A stretch of 64,000 nucleotides of DNA from NCBI GenBank assembly GCA_001464815.1, contig LNDW01000021.1:8920-72919 (forward strand), in the 5' to 3' direction. Both the position numbers and the translations under genes were made by a program. Below are positions 30,355-40,332 of the stretch, piece by piece. The DNA comes from Betaproteobacteria bacterium Ga0077527. Lineage in GTDB: Bacteria > Pseudomonadota > Gammaproteobacteria > Burkholderiales > SG8-41. Within the stretch, counting starts at the first letter, position 1, and every line of letters starts with the position of its first letter. Under the pieces are notes generated by a model. That model was not told where the DNA came from. It did not search any database and was given only the letters and a program-made list of their open reading frames with translations.

Positions 30355-30427
30355 GGTTGGTCGTTTAGCGTTTGTTACATGCGGACGCTAAAAGAGAAAT
30401 TGACCCCTGTAACTTTAGGTTCTGGTG

Positions 30428-30763
30428 CTAGTCATGTTTAAGGGGATCAATGGTAAATACTTTGATCGCGCCTTCAATGTCGCGCTGCCGTTCCTTAGAC
30501 AGCCTTTCCCACCCAATAGCAATCCGCTGAGCTGCTTTAGATAGGTTACTAGGCGGTCGCGAACGGGCATCTCCAAAAAGAAGCCAATCTGCTGACACAT
30601 CTAGTGCTTGGCAGATCTGCATGAAGCGTTCCACTGAGGGCTCGTTGTGGCCGGTAAGGTAGTGGCTCACCGCTCCCTGAGTGATTCCAAGTATCTTTCC
30701 CATTTCGCTATGGGTTAGATTGAGATCTTTCATTCTTTGCCGGGTTCGGTTGCGCCAGTTCAT
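30428..30763 (-). CDS. XRE-family helix-turn-helix transcriptional regulator (orphan, in a low-GC islet)
   Basis: 111 aa. …LTHSEMGKILGITQGAVSHYLTGHNEPSVERFMQICQALDVSADWLLFG… is a Cro/CI-type HTH. The local base composition is visibly AT-richer than the flanks. Confidence 0.8.
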   Translation of the reverse strand: MNWRNRTRQRMKDLNLTHSEMGKILGITQGAVSHYLTGHNEPSVERFMQICQALDVSADWLLFGDARSRPPSNLSKAAQRIAIGWERLSKERQRDIEGAIKVFTIDPLKHD

Positions 30764-30872
30764 AATTGTTTTCTAGCGTTTATTTGAGCGTCTGCTGTGA
30801 GTCTCGATAAGTCGGTTCGGAGAGATTGTATAAACTAAAAATTAGTCGCCCCTGATTTTTTTCGCGACTGCC

Positions 30873-31550
30873 TTAAAACCGCTTCACCAGCGTCAGCGTC
30901 TGTCCATCCCGCTGCATCTCCGTGCGGTTCAGAAAACTCATCCCCAGCAGCACCACCTTCAGGCCGTCGCCTTCCATCACCACCGCCTCCACGCTGTAGA
31001 GCGTGATGTCACCGACCTTCACCGAATCCAGCGTGACTCGGTAGGCCGCGGCTTTGCCGTTGGCGGTTTCGGTGAAGCCGCGCTGGCCGGAGAGGTAGTT
31101 GATGCCGAGGCGGCGCGCTTCGGCGGCGGGTAGCGCGATCATCGTGGCACCGGTGTCCACCAGGAACTGCACGGTGCCGCCGTTGATCTGGCCCAGCGTC
31201 AGATAGTGGCCGCGGGCGTCGGGGCTGAGCACGACGCGGCCGCTGGAGGCCGAGGCAGGGCTGCCGCCGGCAAAACGCCCACTGGCGCCGGGCACCAGGG
31301 TCTGGCGTTTGCCCTGGAATTCGATCACCGCGCTGCTGCTGTCGGCGCTGATCAGGCGGATGCCTTCGGGCGTGGTCTGGCCCACCGAAACGGTGCGCGG
31401 CGCACCGCTGTTGATCACCAGCACAGCCTTGCCGGGGAACAGCGCCGCGACGCTGATGTCATTGGCATGGGCCATGCCTGCAATCAGCAGCAGTCCGGCC
31501 ACCACGCAGGCACTACAATCCATCCACCGTTTGAATCGCCGCATCGCCAT
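30873..31550 (-). CDS. Retropepsin-like (clan AA) aspartic protease, membrane-anchored
   Basis: N-terminal TM/signal (CSACVVAGLLLIAGMAHA). Catalytic FLVDTGATMIALP (DTG). The start is ambiguous (31574, 31550 or 31544). Confidence 0.75.
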   Translation of the reverse strand: MAMRRFKRWMDCSACVVAGLLLIAGMAHANDISVAALFPGKAVLVINSGAPRTVSVGQTTPEGIRLISADSSSAVIEFQGKRQTLVPGASGRFAGGSPASASSGRVVLSPDARGHYLTLGQINGGTVQFLVDTGATMIALPAAEARRLGINYLSGQRGFTETANGKAAAYRVTLDSVKVGDITLYSVEAVVMEGDGLKVVLLGMSFLNRTEMQRDGQTLTLVKRF

Positions 31551-31557
31551 TGTCCCC

Positions 31558-32274
31558 ATGAAGCCCGTTGCCATTTTTCGCCACTCGCCGACGGAAGGTC
31601 CGGCTTATTTTGCCATGTACCTCGAGCGGCACCGGATGCCGTACCGCATCATCAGGCTTGATGCCGGCGAGGCGGTGCCGGCGTCTCTGGACGATTTTGC
31701 CGGGTTGTGTTTCATGGGCGGACCGATGAGTGTGAATGACGATCTGCCCTGGGTGGCACCGGCGTGCGCGCTGATCCACGACGCGGTGGCGCAGGATGTG
31801 CCGGTGATCGGGCATTGCCTCGGCGGTCAGCTGATGGCCAAGGCCCTGGGGGCGCCAGTGACGCGCAACCCGGTCAAGGAAATCGGCTGGGGTGAAGTGC
31901 GTGTGCTGGATGAACCGCTGGCTCGGCAATGGCTGGGGGATGACCTGCAGCGCTTTTTGTCCTTCCACTGGCATGGCGAAACCTTCGCCATCCCGCCGGG
32001 GGCGACGCGGCTGATGGAAAGCGCCTGGTGCGCCAACCAGGCTTATGTGCTGAACGACCGCCACATCGGCATGCAGTGCCATGTCGAGATGACGCCGACG
32101 CTGATCCGGACCTGGTGCCGCGACTGGGCGCAGGAAGTCGAGGCGCTGGCCGGACGCGTGGCTTCGGTGCAGACGCCCGCCGAGATGGAAGACGGCATCG
32201 AGGACAAGGTGCGGGCGCTGAATGCCGTGGCTGACCGGATTTATGACCGGTGGGTGTGTGGGTTGGCGGAGTAG
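31558..32274 (+). CDS. Class-I glutamine amidotransferase-like protein
   Basis: Start MKPVAIFRHSPTEGPAYF…. Nucleophile elbow PVIGHCLGGQLM, later HVE. The track ORF is extended upstream, antisense to the protease gene. Confidence 0.8.
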   Translation: MKPVAIFRHSPTEGPAYFAMYLERHRMPYRIIRLDAGEAVPASLDDFAGLCFMGGPMSVNDDLPWVAPACALIHDAVAQDVPVIGHCLGGQLMAKALGAPVTRNPVKEIGWGEVRVLDEPLARQWLGDDLQRFLSFHWHGETFAIPPGATRLMESAWCANQAYVLNDRHIGMQCHVEMTPTLIRTWCRDWAQEVEALAGRVASVQTPAEMEDGIEDKVRALNAVADRIYDRWVCGLAE

Positions 32275-32300
32275 CTTGGGCCTGAGTGAGTTGCGTTGTT

Positions 32301-32480
32301 GCCCCTCACCCTAACCCTCTCCCCATCAGTCGATGGGGAGAGGGGATTAAAACCATTAGCGCTGCTCCAACTGTGAAGTTGTTCAAGATGAGCAGCCCAC
32401 TTCACATCAGATCCCCTCTCACCGCAGTCTTGCGTGGAGACAAGGGCGCACTTGAAGCGAAGCAGGTTTAGGGTGAGGGC
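32301..32480. repeat. MITE/REP-like element with terminal inverted repeats
   Basis: TIRs gcccctcaccctaa (32301-32314) and ttagggtgagggc (32468-32480). Inner hairpin ccctctcccc-N10-ggggagaggg (32315-32344). No coding capacity. Confidence 0.6.
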
Positions 32481-32512
32481 TACCGCGGAACTTGTTACCA
32501 GCCCGTAACGGT

Positions 32513-33856
32513 TCAGGTCAGTAAAGTCCACGCGGCGCCTACAACGGCACACACCCCGATCACCGGCATGATGCCCACCTTGTAGCGCCACAGCGCGACA
32601 AAGGCGGCGATGCCGATCACCGCCGAAGGCCAGTCGAAGCGGCCCTGCAGGCCTTCGGGCCACAGCACGTGGTAGGCGAAAAACACTGCAAGGTTGAGAA
32701 TCACGCCGACCACGGCGGCGGTGATGCCGGTGAGCGGGGCGGTGAATTTGAGTTCGCCGTGGGTGGTCTCGACCAGAGGGCCGCCGAGCAGGATGAAAAT
32801 GAAGCTGGGCAGGAAGGTGAACCAGGTCACCACCGCGGCGGCGAGCGCGCCGGCCGCGACCAGCCGGTCAGTACCGAGGAATTCGGTGGTCCAGCCGCCG
32901 ACGAAACCGACGAAGGCCACCACCATGATCAGCGGGCCCGGCGTGGTTTCGCCCAGCGCGAGGCCGTCGATCATCTGGTGGGGCGTCACCCACTGGAAGT
33001 GCTCCACCGCGGCCTGGTAGACATAGGGCAGCACGGCGTAGGCGCCGCCGAAGGTAAGCAACGCAGCTTTGGTGAAAAACCAGCCCATCTGGCGCAGCGT
33101 GCTGTCCCAGCCGAAGCTGGCGACGATGATCGCCATGCCCGTGGCCCACAGCGCGAGGCCGAAGGCAAGCACGCGGTAGAAGCGGCCCCAGGAGAAACGC
33201 GCATGTTCGGGCGTCGGCGTGTCGTCGTCGATCACCGCCGGGCCGTAGTCCTTGTCCGCCGCGCCATGTCCGCCGCCCATCTCGAACAGCTTCGGCCGCA
33301 GCCGGCCGCCGATCCAGCCGGCAATGCCGGCGCCGATGACGATCAGCGGGAACGGCAAATCCAGCGCGAACAGGCCGATGAAGGCTGCCGCGGCAAAACC
33401 CCACAACACGCCGTTTTTCAGCGCGCGTGAACCGATGCGGATGGCGGCAAAGACCACGATGGCGGTCACCGCGGGCTTGATGCCGTAGAGGATGCCGGCG
33501 ATGGCGGGCACGTCGCCCCAGGCCATGTAGATCCACGTCAGCGCGATCAGGATGAACAGCGAGGGCAGCACAAACAGCCCGCCGGCGACGATGCCGCCCC
33601 AGGTGCGGTGCATCAGCCAGCCGATGTAGGTGGCCAGTTGCTGCGCCTCGGGGCCGGGCAGCACCATGCAGTAGTTGAGCGCATGCAGAAAGCGGCGCTC
33701 GGAGATCCAGCGCCTTTTCTCCACCAGCTCCTGGTGCATGATCGAAATCTGCCCCGCAGGGCCGCCGAAGCTGATGAAGCCGAGTTTGAGCCAGAAGCGG
33801 AAGGCTTCGGCGAAGGAGATGCTGCGTGTTTCGCCTTCCGGTGCGGCTGCGCTCAT
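32513..33856 (-). CDS. chrA: Chromate efflux transporter ChrA
   Basis: 447 aa. …FRFWLKLGFISFGGPAGQISIMHQELVEKRRWISERRFLHALNYCMVLPGPEA… and a duplicated CHR domain. Confidence 0.9.
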   Translation of the reverse strand: MSAAAPEGETRSISFAEAFRFWLKLGFISFGGPAGQISIMHQELVEKRRWISERRFLHALNYCMVLPGPEAQQLATYIGWLMHRTWGGIVAGGLFVLPSLFILIALTWIYMAWGDVPAIAGILYGIKPAVTAIVVFAAIRIGSRALKNGVLWGFAAAAFIGLFALDLPFPLIVIGAGIAGWIGGRLRPKLFEMGGGHGAADKDYGPAVIDDDTPTPEHARFSWGRFYRVLAFGLALWATGMAIIVASFGWDSTLRQMGWFFTKAALLTFGGAYAVLPYVYQAAVEHFQWVTPHQMIDGLALGETTPGPLIMVVAFVGFVGGWTTEFLGTDRLVAAGALAAAVVTWFTFLPSFIFILLGGPLVETTHGELKFTAPLTGITAAVVGVILNLAVFFAYHVLWPEGLQGRFDWPSAVIGIAAFVALWRYKVGIMPVIGVCAVVGAAWTLLT

Positions 33857-34188
33857 CGCGGTTCCCCGCTGCGGGCTTCGATTGCGCCACCTGTGGCACG
33901 CCAGGCCTCAAGGCCGCCCTCCAGGAACCGTGCCTGCAGGCCCTGCGCGCGCAGCGCGGCGGCGGCGTTCTGGCTGACCTGGTGGCCGTGCACGCAATAC
34001 ACCACCACCGGTGTATCGCGCGGCAGGGCCGGGCCCCAGGCGGCGACGGCTTCGGGGTCGCGGCGCATAGCGCCGGCAATGCGGTCAGGGGCGACGACAT
34101 ACACGGCCTCGCGCCTCACATCGATGACCAGCGGGGCGGGGTCTTGCCGGCGGAGGGTGGAAAGTTGCTCAGGGGTGATGTGGTCCAT
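33853..34188 (-). CDS. Single-domain rhodanese-like protein (chrA-associated)
   Basis: Start MDHITPEQLSTL…. Active-site loop VVYCVHGHQVSQ. The stop overlaps the chrA start (ATGA). Confidence 0.75.
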   Translation of the reverse strand: MDHITPEQLSTLRRQDPAPLVIDVRREAVYVVAPDRIAGAMRRDPEAVAAWGPALPRDTPVVVYCVHGHQVSQNAAAALRAQGLQARFLEGGLEAWRATGGAIEARSGEPR

Positions 34189-34329
34189 GCCGGCTCCTTC
34201 GCGATGGCGAATACACACGAAGGCAGTGCTTGGACGCGGGGCGTCTGAGCCGGGGAGCCTGCCGATATCCCCGTGAAACAACAACGATTCTGCGTTACGG
34301 GTTATGCCGCGTCAATGCCGCAGACGGGA

Positions 34330-34821
34330 TCAGTCCCGGAAATTCTTGAACTGCAGGGGAAAGTCGGTGATGGATTTGCGGATCAGCGCGATGGCATCCT
34401 GCAGCAGATCCTTCTTGGCGCCGGAGACGCGCACCACGTCGCCCTGGATGCTGCCCTGCACCTTCATCTTGCTGTCCTTGATCGTCTTGACGATTTTCTT
34501 GGCCAGTTCCTGCTCGATGCCTTCGCGCACGGTGACCGGCTGCTTCATCTTGTTGCCGCTGATGGTCTCGGCATCGCCGAGTTTCAGGCAGCGGGTGTCG
34601 ACGCCGCGCTTGGCCAGTTTGCCGGTGAGCACGTCGCGCACCTGACTCAGCTTGAAATCATCGTCGGCGAAGACAGTGAGGGTTTTTTCCTTTTCGTTGA
34701 TTTCGACGCGGGCATCGGAGCCCTTGAAATCAAAGCGGGTGGAGACTTCCTTGTTGGTCTGGTCGACGGCGTTGCGTATTTCGACCTGATTGACCTCGGA
34801 AACAATGTCGAACGAGGGCAT
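34330..34821 (-). CDS. yajQ: YajQ family nucleotide / cyclic-di-GMP-binding protein
   Basis: 163 aa. [35 protein letters not shown]…. Confidence 0.92.
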   Translation of the reverse strand: MPSFDIVSEVNQVEIRNAVDQTNKEVSTRFDFKGSDARVEINEKEKTLTVFADDDFKLSQVRDVLTGKLAKRGVDTRCLKLGDAETISGNKMKQPVTVREGIEQELAKKIVKTIKDSKMKVQGSIQGDVVRVSGAKKDLLQDAIALIRKSITDFPLQFKNFRD

Positions 34822-34921
34822 GAGCGGCTCCCTGCGGTTGATGCGGCTTGGATGCTTGGTGAAAGGCTGCTGAAGCGGCCGCGATTAAACAGCGCGGATT
34901 ATACGCCGCGGCCGTGGAGCA

Positions 34922-35506
34922 TCAGGCGCGGGTGGCTTTCAGCGCGATGCGGTGCGATTGCAGCGGCAGGCCGGTGGCGTCATCGAATTCGGCGGCGGTC
35001 TCCACCGCGCGCCGTGCCAGGGTTTCGGCGTCGAGTTTGGGATCGTTGTACAGGGCGTGCAGCGCACCCATCGCGTAGGTGCTGCCGCTGCCGAAGGCGT
35101 AGTAGCGGGTGAATTCCTGAACCGTGCGGTGTGCAACCACGCCGAAGATGCCGTGCGGGTTGGCGACCAGCGCATCAAAGCGCGTCGATTCCAGCGGTTC
35201 GTCATCCTGGCCGCCGATGTGCAGGAAGTAGTCATTCTTCAGCGCGGCGTGCAGCGCCTGCCAGGTGCGGAAGATTTCCAGTGGCGAATCGAAGCGCGCG
35301 CGGACCTTCGGTTTGCCGAAATAATCGCGCAGGATGGTCTTGAAGGTGGCGTTTCCGGTGAGACCCAGCCAGGTGTCTCCAACCTGCAGCAGCTTGCCGT
35401 TGTTGGCGACGTATTCGGCGGTTTCCTTGGCCGCGCCCCATTTGGTCATGGTGTCCGCGGCGATTGCCACCGAACGTCCCTTGCGTACCACAACGATGGT
35501 GGTCAT
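34922..35506 (-). CDS. Proteasome-type Ntn hydrolase, HslV-like (BPH-type betaproteobacterial proteasome homologue)
   Basis: 194 aa. M-TTIVVVRKG… places Thr1 directly after Met. …YAFGSGSTYAMGAL… parallels HslV GSGGPYA. There is no adjacent AAA+ unfoldase gene. Confidence 0.65.
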   Translation of the reverse strand: MTTIVVVRKGRSVAIAADTMTKWGAAKETAEYVANNGKLLQVGDTWLGLTGNATFKTILRDYFGKPKVRARFDSPLEIFRTWQALHAALKNDYFLHIGGQDDEPLESTRFDALVANPHGIFGVVAHRTVQEFTRYYAFGSGSTYAMGALHALYNDPKLDAETLARRAVETAAEFDDATGLPLQSHRIALKATRA

Positions 35507-35521
35507 TGAGTCAGCGCTTTA

Positions 35522-35827
35522 TCAACCAAAATGGCAGACGTAGTGCAGGGCTTCGACCGCCTCGATGTCGAAGCCCGATTTGCCGGGCACGTCAAAGCTC
35601 TCGCCGCCTTTGACGGTTTTCCAGTCGGCACCAGCAAGGCGGTAACGGCCGTTGCCGGCGATGATTTCCATGCGCTCCGGTGCGTCGGTGTTGAAGTTGA
35701 GGGTGGCGGGCAGGATCACGCCCACGGATTTGCGCACCCCCCCGGCGAGGATCACGGTGTGGCTGACACACTTGCCGTCGAAGTAGACGTTGGCCTTTTT
35801 GATGACGGAGACGTTGTCGAATTGCAT
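35522..35827 (-). CDS. ppnP: Pyrimidine/purine nucleoside phosphorylase PpnP (DUF1255)
   Basis: 101 aa. …[18 protein letters not shown]… cupin-like. Confidence 0.85.
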   Translation of the reverse strand: MQFDNVSVIKKANVYFDGKCVSHTVILAGGVRKSVGVILPATLNFNTDAPERMEIIAGNGRYRLAGADWKTVKGGESFDVPGKSGFDIEAVEALHYVCHFG

Positions 35828-35928
35828 GGAAATTTCCTTGGATTAAACCGTTGATGCTGGACCTGCCGAAGCCCGGGCGCCCGGATGCGTTCGCCCTCGG
35901 ACAGGCTCGGGGCGAACGGGATGGTTGC

Positions 35929-37158
<1,230 letters not shown>

Positions 37159-37178
37159 GACTCTTCACTTTGCTGAAA

Positions 37179-38102
37179 TTACTTGGATTCAACTTTGCCC
37201 AGCAACAAAAACTCCATCAGCGCCTTCTGCGCATGCAGGCGGTTCTCTGCTTCATCCCAGACCACGCTCTGCGGCCCGTCGATGACTTCGGCGGTGACCT
37301 CCTCGCCGCGGTGGGCGGGCAGGCAGTGCATGAACAGCGCGTCCTTTTTTGCGGCGCGCATCATCTCGGCATCGATGCACCAGTCCTCGAAGTCGCGTTT
37401 GCGCTCCTCGTTTTCGGCTTCGAAGCCCATGCTGGTCCAGACGTCGGTGGTCACCAGGTCGGCATCCTTCACCGCGTCCATCGGGTCCGGGAATTCCTCG
37501 TAGTGGTCGGTGCCGTATAGTCCCGCACGCTCGGGTTCGACTTGGTAGCCCGGGGGCGTGGATACATGCACGTTGAAGCCGAGCACTTCCGCCGCCTGCA
37601 ACCAGGTGTTGCAGACGTTGTTGGAGTCGCCGATCCAGGCCACGGTCTTGCCGCGGATGGCGCCGCGATGCTCGATGTAGGTGAAGATGTCGGCGAGGAT
37701 CTGGCAGGGATGGTATTCGTTGGTCAGGCCGTTGATCACCGGCACCCGCGAGTAGGCGGCGAAGCGGTCGATGATCTGCTGCTCGAAGGTGCGGATCATC
37801 ACCACGTCGACCATGCGCGTGATCACGCGTGCGACGTCCTCGATCGGTTCGCCGCGTGAAAGCTGGGTCTGGCTGGAGGTGAGGTTGATCACCGAGCCGC
37901 CCATCTGCAGCATGCCGGCCTCGAAGGAGACCCGGGTGCGCGTCGAGTTCTTCTCGAAGATCATTGCCAGCGTGCGGTCGTGCAGCGGCAGGTACGGCTC
38001 GTAGCGTTTGAACCGCGTCTTGATCCAGGCGGCACGCTCGAATACGTGGGCGTATTCGTCGGCGGTGAAATCCCTGAACTGGAGATAGTGGCGGAGTTGC
38101 AT
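37179..38102 (-). CDS. argF: Ornithine carbamoyltransferase
   Basis: 307 aa. STRTRVSFE, HPCQILAD and HCLPAHRGEE motifs. Confidence 0.93.
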   Translation of the reverse strand: MQLRHYLQFRDFTADEYAHVFERAAWIKTRFKRYEPYLPLHDRTLAMIFEKNSTRTRVSFEAGMLQMGGSVINLTSSQTQLSRGEPIEDVARVITRMVDVVMIRTFEQQIIDRFAAYSRVPVINGLTNEYHPCQILADIFTYIEHRGAIRGKTVAWIGDSNNVCNTWLQAAEVLGFNVHVSTPPGYQVEPERAGLYGTDHYEEFPDPMDAVKDADLVTTDVWTSMGFEAENEERKRDFEDWCIDAEMMRAAKKDALFMHCLPAHRGEEVTAEVIDGPQSVVWDEAENRLHAQKALMEFLLLGKVESK

Positions 38103-38135
38103 GATGGTTTCCGGCGCAGCGGTCGCGCTGCGCGG

Positions 38136-39326
38136 TCAGGCGGCTGCCGGGGCGGCCTTCAACAGGAACGAGCGGATCATCGGAGCCAGCTGGCCGACCA
38201 GCTGGTCGGCCTCTGCGCGCGACATCACCAGCGGTGGCACCAGCCTGATGACGTTTTCGGCGGTGACATTGATCAGCAGCCCGGCTTCGAGTGCGGTTTT
38301 CACGAGATCACCACAGGGCCGGTCGAGTTCGACGCCGATCATCATGCCCTTGCCGCGGATGTCGCGAACGCCCGGGGTTTCGGCCAGCGCGCGCTTCAGG
38401 CTGGTCTGGATGTGTTGTCCCACCTCGGCGGCGTTGCGGCACAGGTCTTCGGAGTCGATGATCTCGAGGGTGGTCAGCGCCGCCGTGCAGGCGAGCAGGT
38501 TGCCGCCGAAGGTCGAGCCGTGGCTGCCCGGCTTGAACAGCGTGGCCGCTTCGCCGCGGGCGATGCAGGCGCCGACCGGTACGCCGCCGCCAAGACCCTT
38601 GGCGAGGGTGACCACGTCGGGCATCACGCCGTAATGCTGGAAGGCGAACATTCTGCCGGTGCGGCCGATGCCGGTCTGCACTTCGTCGAGCATCAGCAGC
38701 CAGCCGTTGGCGTCGCAGATTTCGCGCAGGCCCTTCAGGTAGCCGTCGCCGCAGACGCTGACGCCGCCTTCACCCTGCACCAGTTCGGCGAGTACGGCGA
38801 CGACGTTGCGGTTGGAGGCGGCAACGCGTTGCACGGCTTCAAGGTCATTGAACGGCACACGCACAAAGCCGGTAACCAGCGGTTCGAAGCCGGCCTGCAC
38901 CTTGCGGCTGCCGGTGGCTGACAGTGTCGCCATGGTGCGGCCGTGGAATGATTTTTCGAGCACCACCACTGCGGGGGTCTCGACGCCCTTCTTGTGTCCG
39001 TAGTAGCGCGCGAGCTTGATCGCCGCTTCATTGGCTTCGGCGCCGGAATTGCAGAAAAACACGCTGTCCATGCCGGAGGCCGCGGCGATACGATCGGCGA
39101 GTTTTTCCTGCGCCGTGATCTGATAGATGTTGGAGGTGTGGATCAGCTTGCCGACCTGGTCGCGCAATGCCGCCACCAGCTTCGGGTGGCTGTGGCCGAC
39201 CGCGTTCACGGCCACGCCGGCGAGCGCGTCCAGGTAACGTTTGCCCTGGGTGTCCCACAGCCAGACGCCTTCGCCGCGCTCAAAAGCCACGGCCAGCCGG
39301 CCGTAGGTATTCATCACATGTGACAT
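38136..39326 (-). CDS. argD: Acetylornithine (/succinyldiaminopimelate) aminotransferase
   Basis: 396 aa class-III aminotransferase. …NSGAEANEAAIKLAR…, …DEVQTGIGRTG…, TLAKGLGGG (PLP Lys). Confidence 0.9.
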   Translation of the reverse strand: MSHVMNTYGRLAVAFERGEGVWLWDTQGKRYLDALAGVAVNAVGHSHPKLVAALRDQVGKLIHTSNIYQITAQEKLADRIAAASGMDSVFFCNSGAEANEAAIKLARYYGHKKGVETPAVVVLEKSFHGRTMATLSATGSRKVQAGFEPLVTGFVRVPFNDLEAVQRVAASNRNVVAVLAELVQGEGGVSVCGDGYLKGLREICDANGWLLMLDEVQTGIGRTGRMFAFQHYGVMPDVVTLAKGLGGGVPVGACIARGEAATLFKPGSHGSTFGGNLLACTAALTTLEIIDSEDLCRNAAEVGQHIQTSLKRALAETPGVRDIRGKGMMIGVELDRPCGDLVKTALEAGLLINVTAENVIRLVPPLVMSRAEADQLVGQLAPMIRSFLLKAAPAAA

Positions 39327-39589
39327 GGTCTCGCACCCGCCAGAAAAAGCAGCCGTTGGAGACGGCCGGTTACTGCAATCGCCGTGTAATCAACGGGAGT
39401 TTTTCCCGTCTGAAATGACACGGCACGCGCTGCAAAAGCAGACGGCGGCTTTACGCCGCCGGTAAAACTGATTCTCGGCCAAGCCGGCGCGGCTTGGCAA
39501 GTGAATTTTCCGGGGACATGTCCCGGTTTTGCAGCGGCTTCTGCTAGACTTTTTTCCATCAGCGGCAGTGGAACGCAGGGGAATCCGGC

Positions 39590-39907
39590 ATGTTCGAAGG
39601 CGCACCTGAAATTGTCATCGAAGGCATCACCGATCTCGGGGAGAAGTTCCGGCCCAGCGACTGGGCGGAGCGCCTTTCCGGGATGCTCTCGGTGTTCAGC
39701 GACAGCGGCTATCTCGAATATTCACCGTACCTGAAGCCGATTTTTGCCGGCGGCAACCATTGTGTTGCCGTCGACCGCGCACTCGAGGCGCTGAACCCCG
39801 CGGCGTTCGCCTTTTTGCTGCAATTTGCGAAGGACAACCGGCTGAAGATACGGCCGGGGCGCCGGGTCAGGCGGCCGGATGAACCCGCCGCCATAGGGCA
39901 ATCCTGA
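39590..39907 (+). CDS. DUF3579 domain protein
   Basis: 105 aa. …IVIEGITDLGEKFRPSDWAERLSG…. Family recognition is from memory only. Confidence 0.55.
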   Translation: MFEGAPEIVIEGITDLGEKFRPSDWAERLSGMLSVFSDSGYLEYSPYLKPIFAGGNHCVAVDRALEALNPAAFAFLLQFAKDNRLKIRPGRRVRRPDEPAAIGQS

Positions 39908-39963
39908 GGGATTGCCAAACGCGGCGCTGCAGTACGGGAACTGAAGGCGCCGCGGAAAACCGA

Positions 39964-40227
39964 TCAGGCCATCGCCTTGATCGCGGCCGACAGGCGGCTT
40001 TTGTGACGGGCGGCGGTGTTCTTGTGCATGATGTCCTTGTCGGCGATCGAATCGATGGTGCTCACCGACTTCTGGAAAATCGTCCTGGCAGCGGTTTTGT
40101 CGCCAGCCTCGATCGCCTTGCGCACATCCTTGATTGCGGTACGCAGCTCGGAACGCTGTGAATTATTATGCGCGCGGCGTTTCACGGCCTGACGGGCGGC
40201 TTTTTTGGCTGAAGCAGTGTTGGCCAT
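39964..40227 (-). CDS. rpsT: 30S ribosomal protein S20
   Basis: Start [26 protein letters not shown]…; 87 aa. The track ORF is extended 21 codons upstream. Confidence 0.93.
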   Translation of the reverse strand: MANTASAKKAARQAVKRRAHNNSQRSELRTAIKDVRKAIEAGDKTAARTIFQKSVSTIDSIADKDIMHKNTAARHKSRLSAAIKAMA

Positions 40228-40332
40228 GTAAACTCCGGATTTCGTTCGGAAAAAGGGCGCAATGATAAAGAACTTGGGCCTTTTCCGCAAGCCGCATCAC
40301 TCTGTGGCGCCAGTTCGTTCCGGCCAAAAATA

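Noticed and set aside
30428-30763. The XRE regulator as the antitoxin of a toxin-antitoxin pair or as a prophage repressor.
   Set aside because: No adjacent small partner ORF with coding character, and no integrase, att-like repeat or phage genes within the islet.
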